Origin: Candidatus Latescibacterota bacterium
GTDB taxonomy: Bacteria; Latescibacterota; UBA2968; UBA8231
Reading direction: 5' to 3'
NCBI GenBank assembly: GCA_965261395.1
Contig: OZ253462.1
Location: 3,616,001 to 3,680,000 of the forward strand
DNA: 64,000 bases
This document shows, piece by piece, positions 19,749 through 31,306 of this stretch (position 1 is its first letter; each line of letters begins with the position of its first letter). Position numbers and translations under genes: made by a program. A model generated the notes under the pieces. That model saw nothing but the letters and a program-made list of their open reading frames with translations, searched no databases and was not told the origin of the DNA.

Positions 19749-21004
19749 GCGGAACTCCAGTGCAGAGGCGCAGAGTCGTCGTCACGGGCTTGGGGGTCTT
19801 AGCGCCCAATGGCAACGACCTGCCGACGTTCTGGGACGCGCTCCTAGCCGGCCGCTCTGGGGTCGGGCCGATCACCAAGTTCGACGCTTCCCAACACCGG
19901 ACTACGATCGCCGCCGAGGTCAAGGGTTTCGACCCGGAGGCGGTCATGGACCGCAAGGATGCGCGCCGCAACGATGCCTTCACGCACTACGCGGTCTGCG
20001 TGGCCAAGGAGGCGTTCGGCCGCGCCCAGCTCGACATGGAAGCGGTGGATCCCGAGCGCGTGGGCGTCATCTGGGGCTCGGGCATCGGCGGGATTCAGAC
20101 CCACGAACAACAGCACACCATCCTGATGGAGAAAGGCCCTAGGCGCATCAGCCCGTTCTACGTGCCGATGATGATTTCCGACATGGCCCCGGGCGTGATC
20201 TCCATGGAACTAGGGGCCAAAGGGCCTAACTACGCCACGGTGTCGGCTTGTTCGTCGGCTGCCCATGCCCTCGGCGAATCGGCGCGCAAGATCCAGTATG
20301 GAGAGGCCGACGTGATGGTGACCGGTGGCTCGGAAGCGGCCGTCACTCCTATTTCCATGGCCGGCTTTTCCTCGGCCAAGGCGCTATCGACGCGCAACGA
20401 CGAGCCCGAGCGGGCCAGTCGGCCCTTTGACGCCGAGCGCGATGGCTTCGTGCTCGGCGAAGGGGCCGGAGCCGTCATCTTGGAGGAGTTGGAGCACGCG
20501 CAAAGGCGCGGAGCCGAGATCTACGGAGAATTCCTCGGGCTGGGTTTTACCGCCGACGCCTATCACCAGACGGCGATGGCACCGGAGGCAGAGGGCGGTG
20601 CGCGGGCCATGCGCATCGCGCTGCAGGACGGGGGCTTGGAACCGGGCGACATCGGGTACGTCAATGCCCACGGCACCTCGACGCCCATGGGCGACCAGCA
20701 GGAGACCGCGGCGCTCAAGGCGGTCTTCGCCGGCCACACCGACAGCATGGCCGTAAGTTCGACCAAGTCGATGACCGGACATCTGTTGGGCGCAGCCGGA
20801 GCCATCGAGAGCATCGCCTGCATCATGGCGCTCAAAAGCGGGGTCCTGCCGCCGACGATCAACTACGAAAACCCCGACCCCGAATGCGACCTCGACTGCG
20901 TGCCCAATAAGGCGCGCCGCATGCGGGTAAACTACGCCCTCAACAGTTCTTTTGGCTTTGGCGGCCACAACGCGGCGCTGGTGTTTGGTCGCTTCACCGG
21001 CTGA
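19745..21004 (+). CDS. fabF: 3-oxoacyl-ACP synthase II
   Basis: [36 protein letters not shown]. Confidence 0.97.
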   Translation: MSGTPVQRRRVVVTGLGVLAPNGNDLPTFWDALLAGRSGVGPITKFDASQHRTTIAAEVKGFDPEAVMDRKDARRNDAFTHYAVCVAKEAFGRAQLDMEAVDPERVGVIWGSGIGGIQTHEQQHTILMEKGPRRISPFYVPMMISDMAPGVISMELGAKGPNYATVSACSSAAHALGESARKIQYGEADVMVTGGSEAAVTPISMAGFSSAKALSTRNDEPERASRPFDAERDGFVLGEGAGAVILEELEHAQRRGAEIYGEFLGLGFTADAYHQTAMAPEAEGGARAMRIALQDGGLEPGDIGYVNAHGTSTPMGDQQETAALKAVFAGHTDSMAVSSTKSMTGHLLGAAGAIESIACIMALKSGVLPPTINYENPDPECDLDCVPNKARRMRVNYALNSSFGFGGHNAALVFGRFTG

Positions 21005-21032
21005 CGCACTCCCCGAGCACGCCCCGAGCACG

Positions 21033-21052
21033 CCTCGTGCAAACGAGGTTTT
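21033..21052 (+). terminator. Weak intrinsic terminator between fabF and rnc
   Basis: CCTCGT-GCAA-ACGAGG-TTTT. Confidence 0.4.
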
Positions 21053-21070
21053 CAATCGGGCATTAGGCAG

Positions 21071-21832
21071 ATGAGCTGGATTTCAACGCTGTGGAATCGC
21101 CGCAAGTCGGCGGGCGACCCAGAAAAGCTGGCCTTGGGTTCGCGGCGCGCCCTCGAAAATTTGTTGGGCCACCACTTTAAGAACAAGGATTTGTTGGTCA
21201 AGGCCCTCAAGCATCGATCGTATGTGTACGCTGAGGAGGGCAGCGACCGCATTGAGTCGAACGAGCGGCTCGAATTTCTCGGCGACGCCGTGCTAGAGGT
21301 GTTGGTCACCGAATACCTCTTCCGTCGCTTTGAGACCAAGGGCGAGGGCGATTTGACCCAGATGAAGTCGCAGTTAGTTAGCCGCACGGTGCTGGCGCGT
21401 CAAGCGGATCGCCTCGGGGTGGGGGCCTTTGTGTTGCTGAGTACGGATGAGCGCGAGGCCAGCGAGGCCAACGGCGGGCAGCAGCCGTCGATTCTCTGCG
21501 ACGCCTTGGAGTCGCTGATTGGGGCGATTTATCTCGACGGTGGCTTGGAGGCCGCCCGCGCCTTTGTCCGGCGCGCGGTGCTGGCAGATTTTCATCAAAT
21601 AGTCCAACAAGACGTGAACTTCAAGAGCAAGCTGCTCGAATACTCGCAGAGCTTGGGCAACGGCCACCCCCGCTACTTGGTTCACGCCGAGGAGGGGCCT
21701 GACCACGACAAAATCTTCAGCGTCCAAGTGTGCATCACCGGCCAGCGCATGGGTTGGGGCCAGGGGCGGAGCAAGAAGGAGGCGCAACAGATGGCGGCCA
21801 AGGACGCCCTCGAAAGTTTGGACGTGCTCTAA
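21071..21832 (+). CDS. rnc: Ribonuclease III
   Basis: NERLEFLGDAVL; dsRBD with GPDH and G.GRSKKEA.Q.AA. Confidence 0.96.
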   Translation: MSWISTLWNRRKSAGDPEKLALGSRRALENLLGHHFKNKDLLVKALKHRSYVYAEEGSDRIESNERLEFLGDAVLEVLVTEYLFRRFETKGEGDLTQMKSQLVSRTVLARQADRLGVGAFVLLSTDEREASEANGGQQPSILCDALESLIGAIYLDGGLEAARAFVRRAVLADFHQIVQQDVNFKSKLLEYSQSLGNGHPRYLVHAEEGPDHDKIFSVQVCITGQRMGWGQGRSKKEAQQMAAKDALESLDVL

Positions 21833-22611
21833 TGGGCCTTGCTTGGCGCGTCGTCGATACGGGTGCGAACTGTGGCGCGTACAACATGGGCGTCGATCAG
21901 GTGCTCGCCGCCGCCGCGGCCCAAGGCCCGGTGCTGCGCTTCTACGGCTGGGACCCACCGGCCGTCTCCTGTGGCTGGAACCAGCAGCCCGAGCGCGAGG
22001 CCAATGTAGAAGCCTGCCGCGCGCTGGGCATTGACTTGGTGCGTCGGCCCACGGGCGGGCGCGCGGTACTGCACTGGGAGGAATTGACCTACAGCGTTGC
22101 CTGCGCCGCGGAGGCATTGGTCGCGGGCGGTGGGATAGAGGCCACGCACCGCCAAATCGGCGCGTGCTTGGCCGAGGGGCTGCGGCTGTTTGGGGCTTCC
22201 GTCGAGCTGGAAAGGGCCGGCCGTTGCATTGGGGTCTCCCGGTCGGGTCCTTGTTTTGGCAGCACGGCGCGCTGGGAGCTCAAGTGCGGGCAGCGCAAGC
22301 TGGTCGGCAGCGCGCAGCGGCGCTACGGACGCCGCTTGCTGCAACACGGGTCAATCTTGCTCGGCCGGGCGCACGAGCGCCTACCGCAACTTATGCGGAT
22401 TGACGAAGGCGCACGGCAAAAATGGACCCGACGGGTACGAGCGCACAGCACGGATTTGCAGTCCTGTATGGGTCGGCCAATCGATCGGGCCGAGTTAGTC
22501 AATTGCTTAGTCGAGGGCTTTAGGCACCAACTCGGCGCAACGATGCACTGGAGCGCGCTGGCCGCCGACGAAGTGCGCCGGGCTGCGGCCTGGGAAAGGG
22601 ACAGCGCATGA
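21832..22611 (+). CDS. Lipoate-protein ligase A / octanoyltransferase family protein
   Basis: [33 protein letters not shown]. Confidence 0.9.
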   Translation: MGLAWRVVDTGANCGAYNMGVDQVLAAAAAQGPVLRFYGWDPPAVSCGWNQQPEREANVEACRALGIDLVRRPTGGRAVLHWEELTYSVACAAEALVAGGGIEATHRQIGACLAEGLRLFGASVELERAGRCIGVSRSGPCFGSTARWELKCGQRKLVGSAQRRYGRRLLQHGSILLGRAHERLPQLMRIDEGARQKWTRRVRAHSTDLQSCMGRPIDRAELVNCLVEGFRHQLGATMHWSALAADEVRRAAAWERDSA

Positions 22612-23588
22612 TCGCGCAAGATCCCCTGCTGGAGGTCCGCGACTTGCGGACCTACTTCCACACCGAAGAAGGCGTCGCTCGCGCCGTCGATGGGGTGTCG
22701 TTTGCGGTGGGGCGAGGCCAGACGCTGGGGCTAGTCGGCGAAAGCGGCTGCGGCAAGAGCGTCAGCGCCTTCTCGATCATGCGCTTGGTGCCCGATCCAC
22801 CGGGCCGCATTGAGGCCGGGCAAGTCCTGTTCAAGGGGCGCGATTTGCTGGCGCTGGACGAGGAGGAGATGCGCCGAGTGCGCGGCGACGACATCGCGAT
22901 GATTTTCCAAGAGCCGATGACGAGCCTCAATCCGGTGCTGACCTGCGGGTTCCAGATCGCCGAGGCCGTGGTCTTGCACCAGCAGGTCCCCATGCGGGAA
23001 GCGCGCGTCCGGGCGGTCGAGATGCTGCATCTGGTGGGGATCCCAGCGCCCGAACAGCGGATCGACGAATACCCCCACCAACTGTCAGGTGGGATGCGCC
23101 AGCGGGTGATGATTGCCATGGCGCTGTCGTGCAACCCAGACGTGCTGATTGCCGACGAGCCGACCACAGCTCTCGACGTGACGATCCAAGCGCAGATCCT
23201 CGCGCTGTTGGAGTCGCTGCAAGAATCTCTGCAAATGGCGATTGTGATGATCACCCACGACCTCGGGGTGATCGCCGAGACCGCCGACCAAGTGGCGGTC
23301 ATGTACGCCGGCCAAATAGTCGAACACGCGGCCACGCAAGCGCTCTTTGCCCGCCCGCGGCACCCTTATACGCGCGGATTGCTGCGCTCGATTCCGCGGC
23401 TAGACGACGAGCAGGAGCGCTTGGACATCATCCCGGGCGTGGTGCCCGACGCCCGCGCCTTCCCACAGGGGTGTCGCTTTGCCCCGCGCTGCCCGCTGGC
23501 CGACGCCCACTGTCGGGCGGAAACGCCGCCGCTAGAGGAGATTGAGGCCGGGCACTGGGCGAGTTGTTGGAAAGCGGGGGACGCATGA
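22608..23588 (+). CDS. oppD: Oligopeptide/dipeptide ABC transporter ATPase (OppD/DppD-like)
   Basis: [38 protein letters not shown]. Confidence 0.9.
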   Translation: MIAQDPLLEVRDLRTYFHTEEGVARAVDGVSFAVGRGQTLGLVGESGCGKSVSAFSIMRLVPDPPGRIEAGQVLFKGRDLLALDEEEMRRVRGDDIAMIFQEPMTSLNPVLTCGFQIAEAVVLHQQVPMREARVRAVEMLHLVGIPAPEQRIDEYPHQLSGGMRQRVMIAMALSCNPDVLIADEPTTALDVTIQAQILALLESLQESLQMAIVMITHDLGVIAETADQVAVMYAGQIVEHAATQALFARPRHPYTRGLLRSIPRLDDEQERLDIIPGVVPDARAFPQGCRFAPRCPLADAHCRAETPPLEEIEAGHWASCWKAGDA

Positions 23589-24613
23589 GCCAAGCCGCGC
23601 CCTTGGTCGAGGTCAAGGGACTCAAAAAACACTTTCCCGTGCGTCGAGGGTTTTGGAGCCGGGTGCAGGCCCACGTCAAGGCCGTTGACGGGGTTGATCT
23701 GGCAATTGGGCGCGGCGAGACCTTGGGCGTAGTCGGCGAGAGCGGCTGCGGCAAGACCACGCTGGGGAGGCTCATGTTGCGGCTAGTCGAGGCCACGGCC
23801 GGGCAAGTGCTCTTTGGCGGGGTTGACCTGTTGGGATTGGGCAAGGAGGCCATGCGGCGGCAGCGGCGGGACATGCAGATCATCTTCCAAGACCCGTATG
23901 CGTCGCTCAATCCGCGGATGACGGTGGGTGGCATTATCGGCGAGGCCCTGAAGGTCCACGGGCTCGCCGAGCGCGGCGAGTTGGCCGAGCGGGTGGGGGA
24001 ATTGCTGGAGATGGTCGGGTTGCCGGTGGATTGCGCGCGGCGCTACCCGCACGAATTTTCCGGCGGCCAGCGCCAGCGCATTGGCATTGCCCGCGCCTTG
24101 GCGGTGCAGCCGCGGTTTATCATCGCCGACGAGCCCGTGTCCGCGCTGGACGTCTCGGTGCAGGCCCAAATCATCAACTTGTTGCAGGACCTACAGCGCG
24201 ATTTGGGCCTAACCTATATGTTTATCGCCCACGACTTGAGCGTAGTGCGCCACATTTCAGATCGGGTGGCGGTGATGTACTTGGGTCGCATAGTCGAAGT
24301 GGCGGCTCGCGATCAGCTTTACCGCCAGCCGTCTCATCCCTATACGCGCGCGCTGCTGGCGGCCGTGCCCGTACCCGACCCGCGGACTAAGCCCCAGCGC
24401 GTCCTCTTGGAGGGCGACGCGCCCAATCCGGCGGCCGTGCCCTCGGGATGCCCCTTTCACCCGCGCTGCCCAGAGCGCGAAGCGATCTGCACCCGCGTGG
24501 TGCCGCGCCTCGTTGATCTGGGTGGCGGCCACTGCACAGCTTGTCTGCTCCGCTATCCCGCGGAGTTGAAGAACCGGCTGGCTGCTGAGGCTAACGAAAA
24601 AAACGCAAGATAG
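23585..24613 (+). CDS. oppF: Oligopeptide/dipeptide ABC transporter ATPase (OppF/DppF-like)
   Basis: [38 protein letters not shown]. Confidence 0.9.
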   Translation: MSQAAPLVEVKGLKKHFPVRRGFWSRVQAHVKAVDGVDLAIGRGETLGVVGESGCGKTTLGRLMLRLVEATAGQVLFGGVDLLGLGKEAMRRQRRDMQIIFQDPYASLNPRMTVGGIIGEALKVHGLAERGELAERVGELLEMVGLPVDCARRYPHEFSGGQRQRIGIARALAVQPRFIIADEPVSALDVSVQAQIINLLQDLQRDLGLTYMFIAHDLSVVRHISDRVAVMYLGRIVEVAARDQLYRQPSHPYTRALLAAVPVPDPRTKPQRVLLEGDAPNPAAVPSGCPFHPRCPEREAICTRVVPRLVDLGGGHCTACLLRYPAELKNRLAAEANEKNAR

Positions 24614-24630
24614 TAGGAGAACGATAGCTT

Positions 24631-26451
24631 ATGATGACTTTGTTGCGCCAAAAGACGGTGTTCGTTCTGTGGTTTGTGATATTCGCCTTCATCGGCTTGA
24701 TCGTCGTCGAATGGGGAGCCGACTACTCGGGTCCGAGCACCAACAGTGCCGGCGATGCGGTCGGCGTGATCAATGGCGAGACCATTTCGCTCCAGCAATT
24801 CCAAGACGCGCTGCGGCGGATAGCGCGCCAAGTGCCGCAAGAGCAGCGCGCCGATCAGGCCCTGCTGGTGAGCCAGGTGTGGGACTACTACGTCCGCGAG
24901 ATCATCCTGACCCAAGAGTACGAGCGCTTGGGCTTTGAGGTGACCGACGGGGAAATCGCCTTTTACACGCGGAACAAGCCCCCGCAGGCCGTGCGCGAAT
25001 TCGAGGTTTTTCAGACCGACGGTGCGTTCGACATGGACAAGTACGTCCAGTTCATCGGCAATCCGGCCAATCTCAGCGATCCCAACAACCAAGCCATAGT
25101 CCTGTGGATCGAGAGCACGATTGAGCGGCAATTGCTCGATTACAGGTTGCAGAGGATGTTGCGGGGTACCGCGCAGGTGAGTCCTAACGAGGCGCGCCAG
25201 TACTTTGCCGAGGCCAACGAAAAGGTGCGCCTCGAATACGCATTTGCCCCCAGCGACGCTGCGGATAGTGAGATCGAGGTCGCCGCCGAAGATTTGGCTG
25301 CCTACTACCAAGAGCACGTGGCCGACTACGAACATCCCGATCAGGTAAAGCTGGAGTACGTGCGCTTTCCCAAGGAGCCCAGCGCGGCGGATTCGCTGGA
25401 GACCAAAGAGGAGATCGAGCGCCTGCGCCAAGAGATCGAGGCCGGTAAGGATTTCGCCGAGTTGGCTGGGGTGATTTCCGACGACGAAGGCTCAGCCGCC
25501 CGAGGCGGCGACCTCGGTTTTTTTGCTCGCGGCCGGATGGTCGCGCCCTTTGAGGAAGCGGCGTTCGCCTTGGCACCCGGCGAGCTCTCCGGGCCGGTGC
25601 AGACGCTCTATGGTTGGCATCTGATCAAGGTGGAAGAACGCTTGGAGGAAAGCGGCGAGGAGCAGGTGCACGCCCGCCACATCCTACTCAGATACCAGCC
25701 CTCGCGCACGACTGAAGATAGCCTGCGCAGCTGGGCTGAGGCGTTTCAAGAGCAGGCCGCGGCCGAGGGATTTGCCGCCGCGCTCGCGGTCTCTGGCACC
25801 GAGGCGACGCCCACGAATTTCCTGCGCAAGAGCCAAGCCGTGCCGGGCATTAGCGCGAACACCACTTGGCTCGTCAACTGGTTTTTTGAACAGGAGCCTG
25901 GGGCCGTCAGCCAAGTGATCGAGGACGATCTGGGGCTGTGGGTGGCGCATCTAGTGGCCAAACGCCCTGAGGGCACAGTGCCCCTGGACGAGCTAAGGGA
26001 TCAGCTTGAGCCGTTGGTGCGCACGCGCAAAGAAGCCGCCCGCGCCGCCGCCCAGCTAGAGGCCGTGCGACGGGAGGTAGAAGCCGGGACCACCTTGGCG
26101 CAGGTAGCCCAAAATGCCGGGCTAGAGTTGCACACTCCCGAGGCTTTTGCGCGCACCGAATCGGTGGAGGGCCTAGGCCGCGCTAACGCGGTGATCGGCG
26201 CGGCCTTCCGCTTGCAAGAGGGCCAGCTCAGCGAAGTGATTGAGGTTGCCGAAGGCGGCAAGCGAGGGGCTTACTTGCTGAAGCTGCTGGAGAAGACGCC
26301 GGTAGATGAGGAGCAATTCGCCGCGCAGCGCGAGCAGGTCGTCGCTCAGCTACAAGCACAGCGCGAGCAGGAGGCCGTGCAGAATTGGTTCGCGCACTTG
26401 TACGAGACGGCCGAGATCGAGGACAACAGACATCGCTTTTTCACGTTTTAG
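24631..26451 (+). CDS. PpiD/SurA-like membrane-anchored parvulin PPIase
   Basis: N-terminal TM segment and SurA_N-like region; SDD.GSA.RGGDLG...F..AAF...GWHLI. Confidence 0.88.
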   Translation: MMTLLRQKTVFVLWFVIFAFIGLIVVEWGADYSGPSTNSAGDAVGVINGETISLQQFQDALRRIARQVPQEQRADQALLVSQVWDYYVREIILTQEYERLGFEVTDGEIAFYTRNKPPQAVREFEVFQTDGAFDMDKYVQFIGNPANLSDPNNQAIVLWIESTIERQLLDYRLQRMLRGTAQVSPNEARQYFAEANEKVRLEYAFAPSDAADSEIEVAAEDLAAYYQEHVADYEHPDQVKLEYVRFPKEPSAADSLETKEEIERLRQEIEAGKDFAELAGVISDDEGSAARGGDLGFFARGRMVAPFEEAAFALAPGELSGPVQTLYGWHLIKVEERLEESGEEQVHARHILLRYQPSRTTEDSLRSWAEAFQEQAAAEGFAAALAVSGTEATPTNFLRKSQAVPGISANTTWLVNWFFEQEPGAVSQVIEDDLGLWVAHLVAKRPEGTVPLDELRDQLEPLVRTRKEAARAAAQLEAVRREVEAGTTLAQVAQNAGLELHTPEAFARTESVEGLGRANAVIGAAFRLQEGQLSEVIEVAEGGKRGAYLLKLLEKTPVDEEQFAAQREQVVAQLQAQREQEAVQNWFAHLYETAEIEDNRHRFFTF

Positions 26452-26465
26452 ATCGGAGAGGAATC

Positions 26466-27377
26466 ATGTCAGCAGCACCGGGGCAAACGCAAATCGGCTT
26501 TATCGGCTTGGGTATCATGGGCGCGCCCATGGCCAAAAACTTGCTCAAAGCCGGTTATCAACTCAACGTGTACAACCGCAGCGACCGGCCGCGCGTTGAC
26601 GAGGTCGTCGCGGCCGGCGGTGTGCGCGTCAGCTCGCCCAAAGAGGCGGCGACGGGTGCGGACGTCATCATCAGCATCGTCACGGACACGCCCGATATGG
26701 AGGCCGTACTCGTGGGAGAGGAGGGCGCGATCCACGGAGCCAAAGCGGGCGCGGTCGTCATCGATATGAGCACGGTTTCGCCCAAAGTCACCCGCGAAGT
26801 GGCTGCCGCCTTGCAGGAACGGGGCGTGGCCATGCTCGACGCGCCCGTCAGCGGCGGGGATGTGGGCGCGATCAACGGCACCCTGTCGATCATGGTCGGC
26901 GGCGACGAGGCCGTCTTTAATCAGTGCCTACCGGTCTTTGAGGCGATGGGCACCAACATCAACCTGATCGGCTCCAACGGCGCGGGTCAGACTACCAAGC
27001 TCTGCAACCAGATCGCGGTTTCGGTCAACAATATGGCTATGGCCGAGGCTCTGATGCTGGCGGCCGCGGCGGACCTCGATGTGCAGAAGGTCATTGACGC
27101 CATCAGCGGTGGGGCGGCTGGCTCTTGGCAGTTGAGCAACTTAGGCCCGCGCATTGCCGCTGGCGATTTTGATCCGGGCTTTATGGTCTATTTGCAGCAA
27201 AAGGACCTGCGGTTGGTCTTGCAGGCAGCCAACGATGTCAAGCTGGCCTTGCCGGCCGTGAGCATCGCGCACCAGTTCTTCAACATCGTCGAGCGCGCTG
27301 GTTGCTCCGAAGAGGGAACCCAGGCGCTAATCAAGGCCTATGAGGCCCAAGCCGGCAAAGAGGCGAGGGCCAAGTAG
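26466..27377 (+). CDS. Beta-hydroxyacid dehydrogenase (tartronate semialdehyde reductase-like)
   Basis: GFIGLGIMG.PMA.NL, DAPVSGG, KLCNQ, KDL. Confidence 0.9.
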   Translation: MSAAPGQTQIGFIGLGIMGAPMAKNLLKAGYQLNVYNRSDRPRVDEVVAAGGVRVSSPKEAATGADVIISIVTDTPDMEAVLVGEEGAIHGAKAGAVVIDMSTVSPKVTREVAAALQERGVAMLDAPVSGGDVGAINGTLSIMVGGDEAVFNQCLPVFEAMGTNINLIGSNGAGQTTKLCNQIAVSVNNMAMAEALMLAAAADLDVQKVIDAISGGAAGSWQLSNLGPRIAAGDFDPGFMVYLQQKDLRLVLQAANDVKLALPAVSIAHQFFNIVERAGCSEEGTQALIKAYEAQAGKEARAK

Positions 27378-27396
27378 CTCTCCGGGGTTGGCGTCG

Positions 27397-28188
27397 GTGC
27401 CACTCGAACTAAAAAAGGTCGGGGTCCTGCTGCGCGACCAGGATTTGGACTATCCGGTCGCCGAGGTGCGCGACCTTTTTGCCGCGCATGGGATTGTAGT
27501 GCGCTTTATCGAGGAAGATGAGCGCCCGGACGACCTAGACTTGGTCATTGCGCTCGGCGGCGATGGTACGGTGCTCCGCGCCTTTGCGCGTTTCCCACAG
27601 CGGCCGGTGCTGGCGATCAACTTTGGCACCGTCGGCTTTTTGACCGCTGGGGACCGCAAGGACTTGGCGCGCATCGTCCAGCTCTTAGTCGATGGCCAGT
27701 ACTTCGTCAGCGAGCGCTTGGTGCTTTCTTGCCGCTATCCCGGCGGCGAGAGTCTGGTCTTTAACGAGGTGACCCTGCGGGCGCACCACAAGATGCTCTC
27801 TACGGATGTCTTTGTTGACGACGCCAAAATCCGCACCATTCGCGGCGACGGCGTGGTCGTCGGCACGCCGACGGGTAGCACCGGGCTGTTGCTGTCGATG
27901 GGTGCGCCGCTGGTCATGCCCGAAGTGCGCTGCATGTTGCTCGACGGCATCAACGAATACAACTTCACATCGCGGACCTTGATTCTGCCGGCCGAGAAAC
28001 GGGTGCGGCTGAGCGTCAGATCCGAGACCTTGGACAGTCACGTGGCGCTCATTGTCGATGGCCGCGAGATATGCAGTTTAGCCCCCGAACAAGAGGTGTA
28101 CGTCGGCCAAGCCGCACATACGGCGCGGCTGATATACCTCGACGACAATTACTTTTTTCACAACTTGTCTGAGAAGCTTTCTTGGTAG
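27397..28188 (+). CDS. nadK: NAD(+) kinase (start approximate)
   Basis: LGGDGT, G.VGFL, NE, DG...TPTGST. Confidence 0.85.
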   Translation: MPLELKKVGVLLRDQDLDYPVAEVRDLFAAHGIVVRFIEEDERPDDLDLVIALGGDGTVLRAFARFPQRPVLAINFGTVGFLTAGDRKDLARIVQLLVDGQYFVSERLVLSCRYPGGESLVFNEVTLRAHHKMLSTDVFVDDAKIRTIRGDGVVVGTPTGSTGLLLSMGAPLVMPEVRCMLLDGINEYNFTSRTLILPAEKRVRLSVRSETLDSHVALIVDGREICSLAPEQEVYVGQAAHTARLIYLDDNYFFHNLSEKLSW

Positions 28189-28266
28189 GGTTGTATCTGT
28201 ACATTGGCGGACAATCGAGTCGAATTTAGTATCAATTTTAAGTAACAACGGCATGGAGGAGAAAAG

Positions 28267-29037
28267 TTGACCTATATCGATTCTGACCAGCACGAAGCTA
28301 AGGAAACTGGGACAAAGGCGTGGGACCGGATCATGGCGTCGTCGTTGGCGCTTCCCGGAACGAAAGTTGACCGCAACAGCTTTCTTTATTCTCAACTCCA
28401 TAATTATTGCGATGAGACACAGACTAAGGAGGCAATTGAAGACAGGCCCGCTAACGCTGGAATACCATCTAAGCTGATTGATAGGTTGGCTGATGCCTGC
28501 ATTAAGTCGCATGTGCGTAAAGCTGCTGCGATTTCATTTGGGACTGGCTTGCCGGGTGGTTGGGCGATGGCGGTCACAATTCCCGCCGACCTAGTTCAAT
28601 TCTATTGGCACGCAATCGTCTTATCCCAGAAGTTAGCGTACTTATATGGCTGGCCAGATTTACTGAAGGAAGACGAGGCTGACGAAGAGACCAAGGCGAA
28701 GATTACACTGCTCATCGGAGTGATGATGGGTGCTCAGGTGGCTAACAAAGTAATAAGCGAGGTGGCTGAGCGATTTGCTAGCGAAATTGCGCGACGTCTT
28801 CCGAGGCAGGCGCTCACTAGGACTGCGTACTACCCGCTAATCAAACAGATTAGCAAATGGATTGGAATTAACGTCACCAAGAACACCTTTGCGCGTAGTG
28901 TGTCAAAATTCGTGCCAATTGTTGGCGGACTTGTTTCCGCCGGCGTGACTGCGGCAATGATGAAACCTATGGCCAAGCGACTGAAGAATCACCTAAGAGA
29001 GTTGAGATTAGCACATCCTGATGGTCATGACGGGTGA
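28267..29037 (+). CDS. EcsC-like family protein
   Basis: G.PGG.AM..TIPAD..QF......QKLAYLYGW, K.VPIVGG. Confidence 0.7.
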   Translation: MTYIDSDQHEAKETGTKAWDRIMASSLALPGTKVDRNSFLYSQLHNYCDETQTKEAIEDRPANAGIPSKLIDRLADACIKSHVRKAAAISFGTGLPGGWAMAVTIPADLVQFYWHAIVLSQKLAYLYGWPDLLKEDEADEETKAKITLLIGVMMGAQVANKVISEVAERFASEIARRLPRQALTRTAYYPLIKQISKWIGINVTKNTFARSVSKFVPIVGGLVSAGVTAAMMKPMAKRLKNHLRELRLAHPDGHDG

Positions 29038-29110
29038 GACAGGTGGTTACACCTCGTCGGTAAAGTCTGACTGAGGCCAGATTTTGGACGTTGACAGGAG
29101 GCAAAAATCC

Positions 29111-30334
29111 ATGGAAAGCAAGATTAAGCAAGTTGACAAGCAAGCTAATAGTAACGGACAAGCGACAAATCCGCGCATTATCATCGACGCTAGCTACATT
29201 CGCGGCATGAAAAAGGACGGTGCGCCGCTTCGCGCCATAAGTGAACAAGGTGGTCGCATAGTTATAACCGATACTTTAGTTTACGAGCTTTACAGAACAC
29301 CCAATCGCAAGCAATGGCTCACAGCAAAGCACAAGCTTGCGAGATTTCGGGATGCTATCGAGGCGTGGGAACATGTACCCGTGATGTGCAATAGGGAACT
29401 TAAAGAGAACCGTCCATACGGCGATCCTTTCCATCGTGAAAGAACTGAACGTCTGCGGGAAATGTTAGCAAATGATTCGCAGTCTGACCATAGTACTTCA
29501 CTTCTAGAACGAGAAGATCTTGCTATACCTGAACTATTTCAAAACTTCGCAGAGCTTGATAAGGATATTGGTGAGGAGATAACGGAAAAGATCAAAGATA
29601 AAGCATCCCATGATAACGAGGTAGTGAAAACTTGTTACGCCTTAGTCAACGATCCAGATAATATTCGGTCGATGATAAAGGTAATTATGTTCGTGATGAA
29701 GGGTGATATAAATGTCTTACTAAATCCCAACGATGTAGATAAAACTTGGGCTATATGGCACTTTTCCAAATCACTCCTTACTGTGTTCTGCGACTGCCTA
29801 CGTCAAGGTGAGCATGCGTTTAGGGAAATATCTGAGAAACGTAAGGAACGTTTGAACAATATAATACATGACTTAGACTACTTGATTTTATTGGCATTCG
29901 CAGATGCGATTGCATCTCGCGAAACAAAAGGGGAGCTATTTTACTATAGGCGCTGGATGTTTGGCGATGCCTCAAAACCGTTAATAAGCTATTATGAAAA
30001 CGAAAGAATCAGTCTTTTTGTACAAAAACTCAGACAGATGTCCAAAATCATCACGATTTGCGTAGTCGAACAATTAGATGGCTATACATGCTCTCTCGAT
30101 CCTTGGAGCAAAATATCACCAAAAATACAGAATTCGGAAGAGTTACCTGCGAGCGTGTTTATATCACGTGGTACAAAAGGACATTTTGAGTTATTTCATG
30201 GCTCAACATGGGAACACATTACAGAGATCCTAACGGGCTGTTCGGCATCAGAGCTTTGGGCTTCTGGTGAGGTCGTGTTTGTAGATCCAAGGACGAAGGA
30301 AATATTATTTACACCTTCTACACAACATGTCTAA
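29111..30334 (+). CDS. Hypothetical protein, possible PIN-like nuclease
   Basis: AT-rich; IIIDAS...ITDTLVYEL and N..HDLDYL.....DAIAS acidic pattern. Confidence 0.55.
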   Translation: MESKIKQVDKQANSNGQATNPRIIIDASYIRGMKKDGAPLRAISEQGGRIVITDTLVYELYRTPNRKQWLTAKHKLARFRDAIEAWEHVPVMCNRELKENRPYGDPFHRERTERLREMLANDSQSDHSTSLLEREDLAIPELFQNFAELDKDIGEEITEKIKDKASHDNEVVKTCYALVNDPDNIRSMIKVIMFVMKGDINVLLNPNDVDKTWAIWHFSKSLLTVFCDCLRQGEHAFREISEKRKERLNNIIHDLDYLILLAFADAIASRETKGELFYYRRWMFGDASKPLISYYENERISLFVQKLRQMSKIITICVVEQLDGYTCSLDPWSKISPKIQNSEELPASVFISRGTKGHFELFHGSTWEHITEILTGCSASELWASGEVVFVDPRTKEILFTPSTQHV

Positions 30335-30812
30335 AAAAGATCTGTACACTGGTAGGGCTGGTCATCTAGCAGTTATGGCGGAGCTTCTTATTCGAGGATG
30401 GAATACAGCCATTCCAGAAGTAGATGTGGGTGACGATATTTTCGTCGTCCACGATAGCGATGGGAACCTGCACCGAGTGCAGGTGAAGACGACGGCTACA
30501 GCGAAACCACTGAAGAACGGACGTGGATATACCTCACAATTTAAGGTTCCACTCTTACAGCTTGAGACGCCAAAATCCCCAGATATAACATATATTTTTG
30601 CTGTTCGGATCTACGATAATTGGGATGCTTTTGTCGTAATTGATAGGGAGAGTCTGTATCGTGAGCACCAGGAGCATGGCATCGGGAGTAAAGACAAGAA
30701 CAGTCTTGTATTGCGACTGCGATTCGAGGGAACGAGAATTATTTGTAGTCGGCACGACTTGTCGCAATACAGAAACGACTGGGATACGCTCTTCCCTGTT
30801 ATAGAGCATTGA
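30327..30812 (+). CDS. PD-(D/E)XK endonuclease-like protein
   Basis: G.AG..AV.AELL.RGW...P..D.GDD......RVQVKT. Confidence 0.75.
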   Translation: MSKKDLYTGRAGHLAVMAELLIRGWNTAIPEVDVGDDIFVVHDSDGNLHRVQVKTTATAKPLKNGRGYTSQFKVPLLQLETPKSPDITYIFAVRIYDNWDAFVVIDRESLYREHQEHGIGSKDKNSLVLRLRFEGTRIICSRHDLSQYRNDWDTLFPVIEH

Positions 30813-30847
30813 TAGCACCTCGTAACAGAGTGTGCTGTACGAAAAAT

Positions 30848-30901
30848 TTTCTTGGTAGAGGAGATGCTATACACGTGGTGGTAATCGGTGCAGATCGACC
30901 T
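30848..30901 (+). repeat. Decayed copy of the RBS and 5' end of the 31307 gene
   Basis: TTTCTTGGTAGAGGAGATGCTATACACGTGGTGGTAATCGG aligns with 31286-31339; start ATG has become ATA. Confidence 0.85.
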
Positions 30902-30933
30902 GAAGGTCGCATGGCAAAAGGAGCAGGCGAAAC

Positions 30934-31266
30934 GTGGCAACAGTCAAAATTAGAATACAAACGCAAAATGGGGAACGAGCACCCATTGTGCCCGTCGTCT
31001 TTCCAAACATCAAAGATGTCGTCGTGTTTGCGAAAAGACTCCATGGCAAAGGACAGCTATGGGTCGGTGAGGCATTTGGCTGGCCGGCAGAATACAATCC
31101 CGAAAAGTCTGATCCGCCACTGGACTCAAAAATGACCTTTACTCCCGCGGATTTCTGCATTGGTGAGAGTGGCATTTGGTTTTATTCCCTTATGTGGGAA
31201 AATGGTAAAGCAGAAGAGCCTGTTGCTTTTTTGGATGATAGAAATATCACTGAAATGGTGTCATGA
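30934..31266 (+). CDS. Hypothetical protein (110 aa)
   Basis: RBS AAAGGAG; protein-like composition; lies between the duplicated segments. Confidence 0.7.
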   Translation: MATVKIRIQTQNGERAPIVPVVFPNIKDVVVFAKRLHGKGQLWVGEAFGWPAEYNPEKSDPPLDSKMTFTPADFCIGESGIWFYSLMWENGKAEEPVAFLDDRNITEMVS

Positions 31267-31306
31267 TTCTGAACAGCACGATGACTTTCTTGGTAGAGGA
31301 GATACT

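Noticed and set aside
21011-21034. Short tandem repeat CCCCGAGCACG x2
   Set aside because: Two copies only; no evidence of function.
28189-31285. Integron cassette array
   Set aside because: No integrase and no convincing RYYYAAC...GTTRRRY attC sites; the shared CACCTCGT near 29050 and 30816 is too short to support one.
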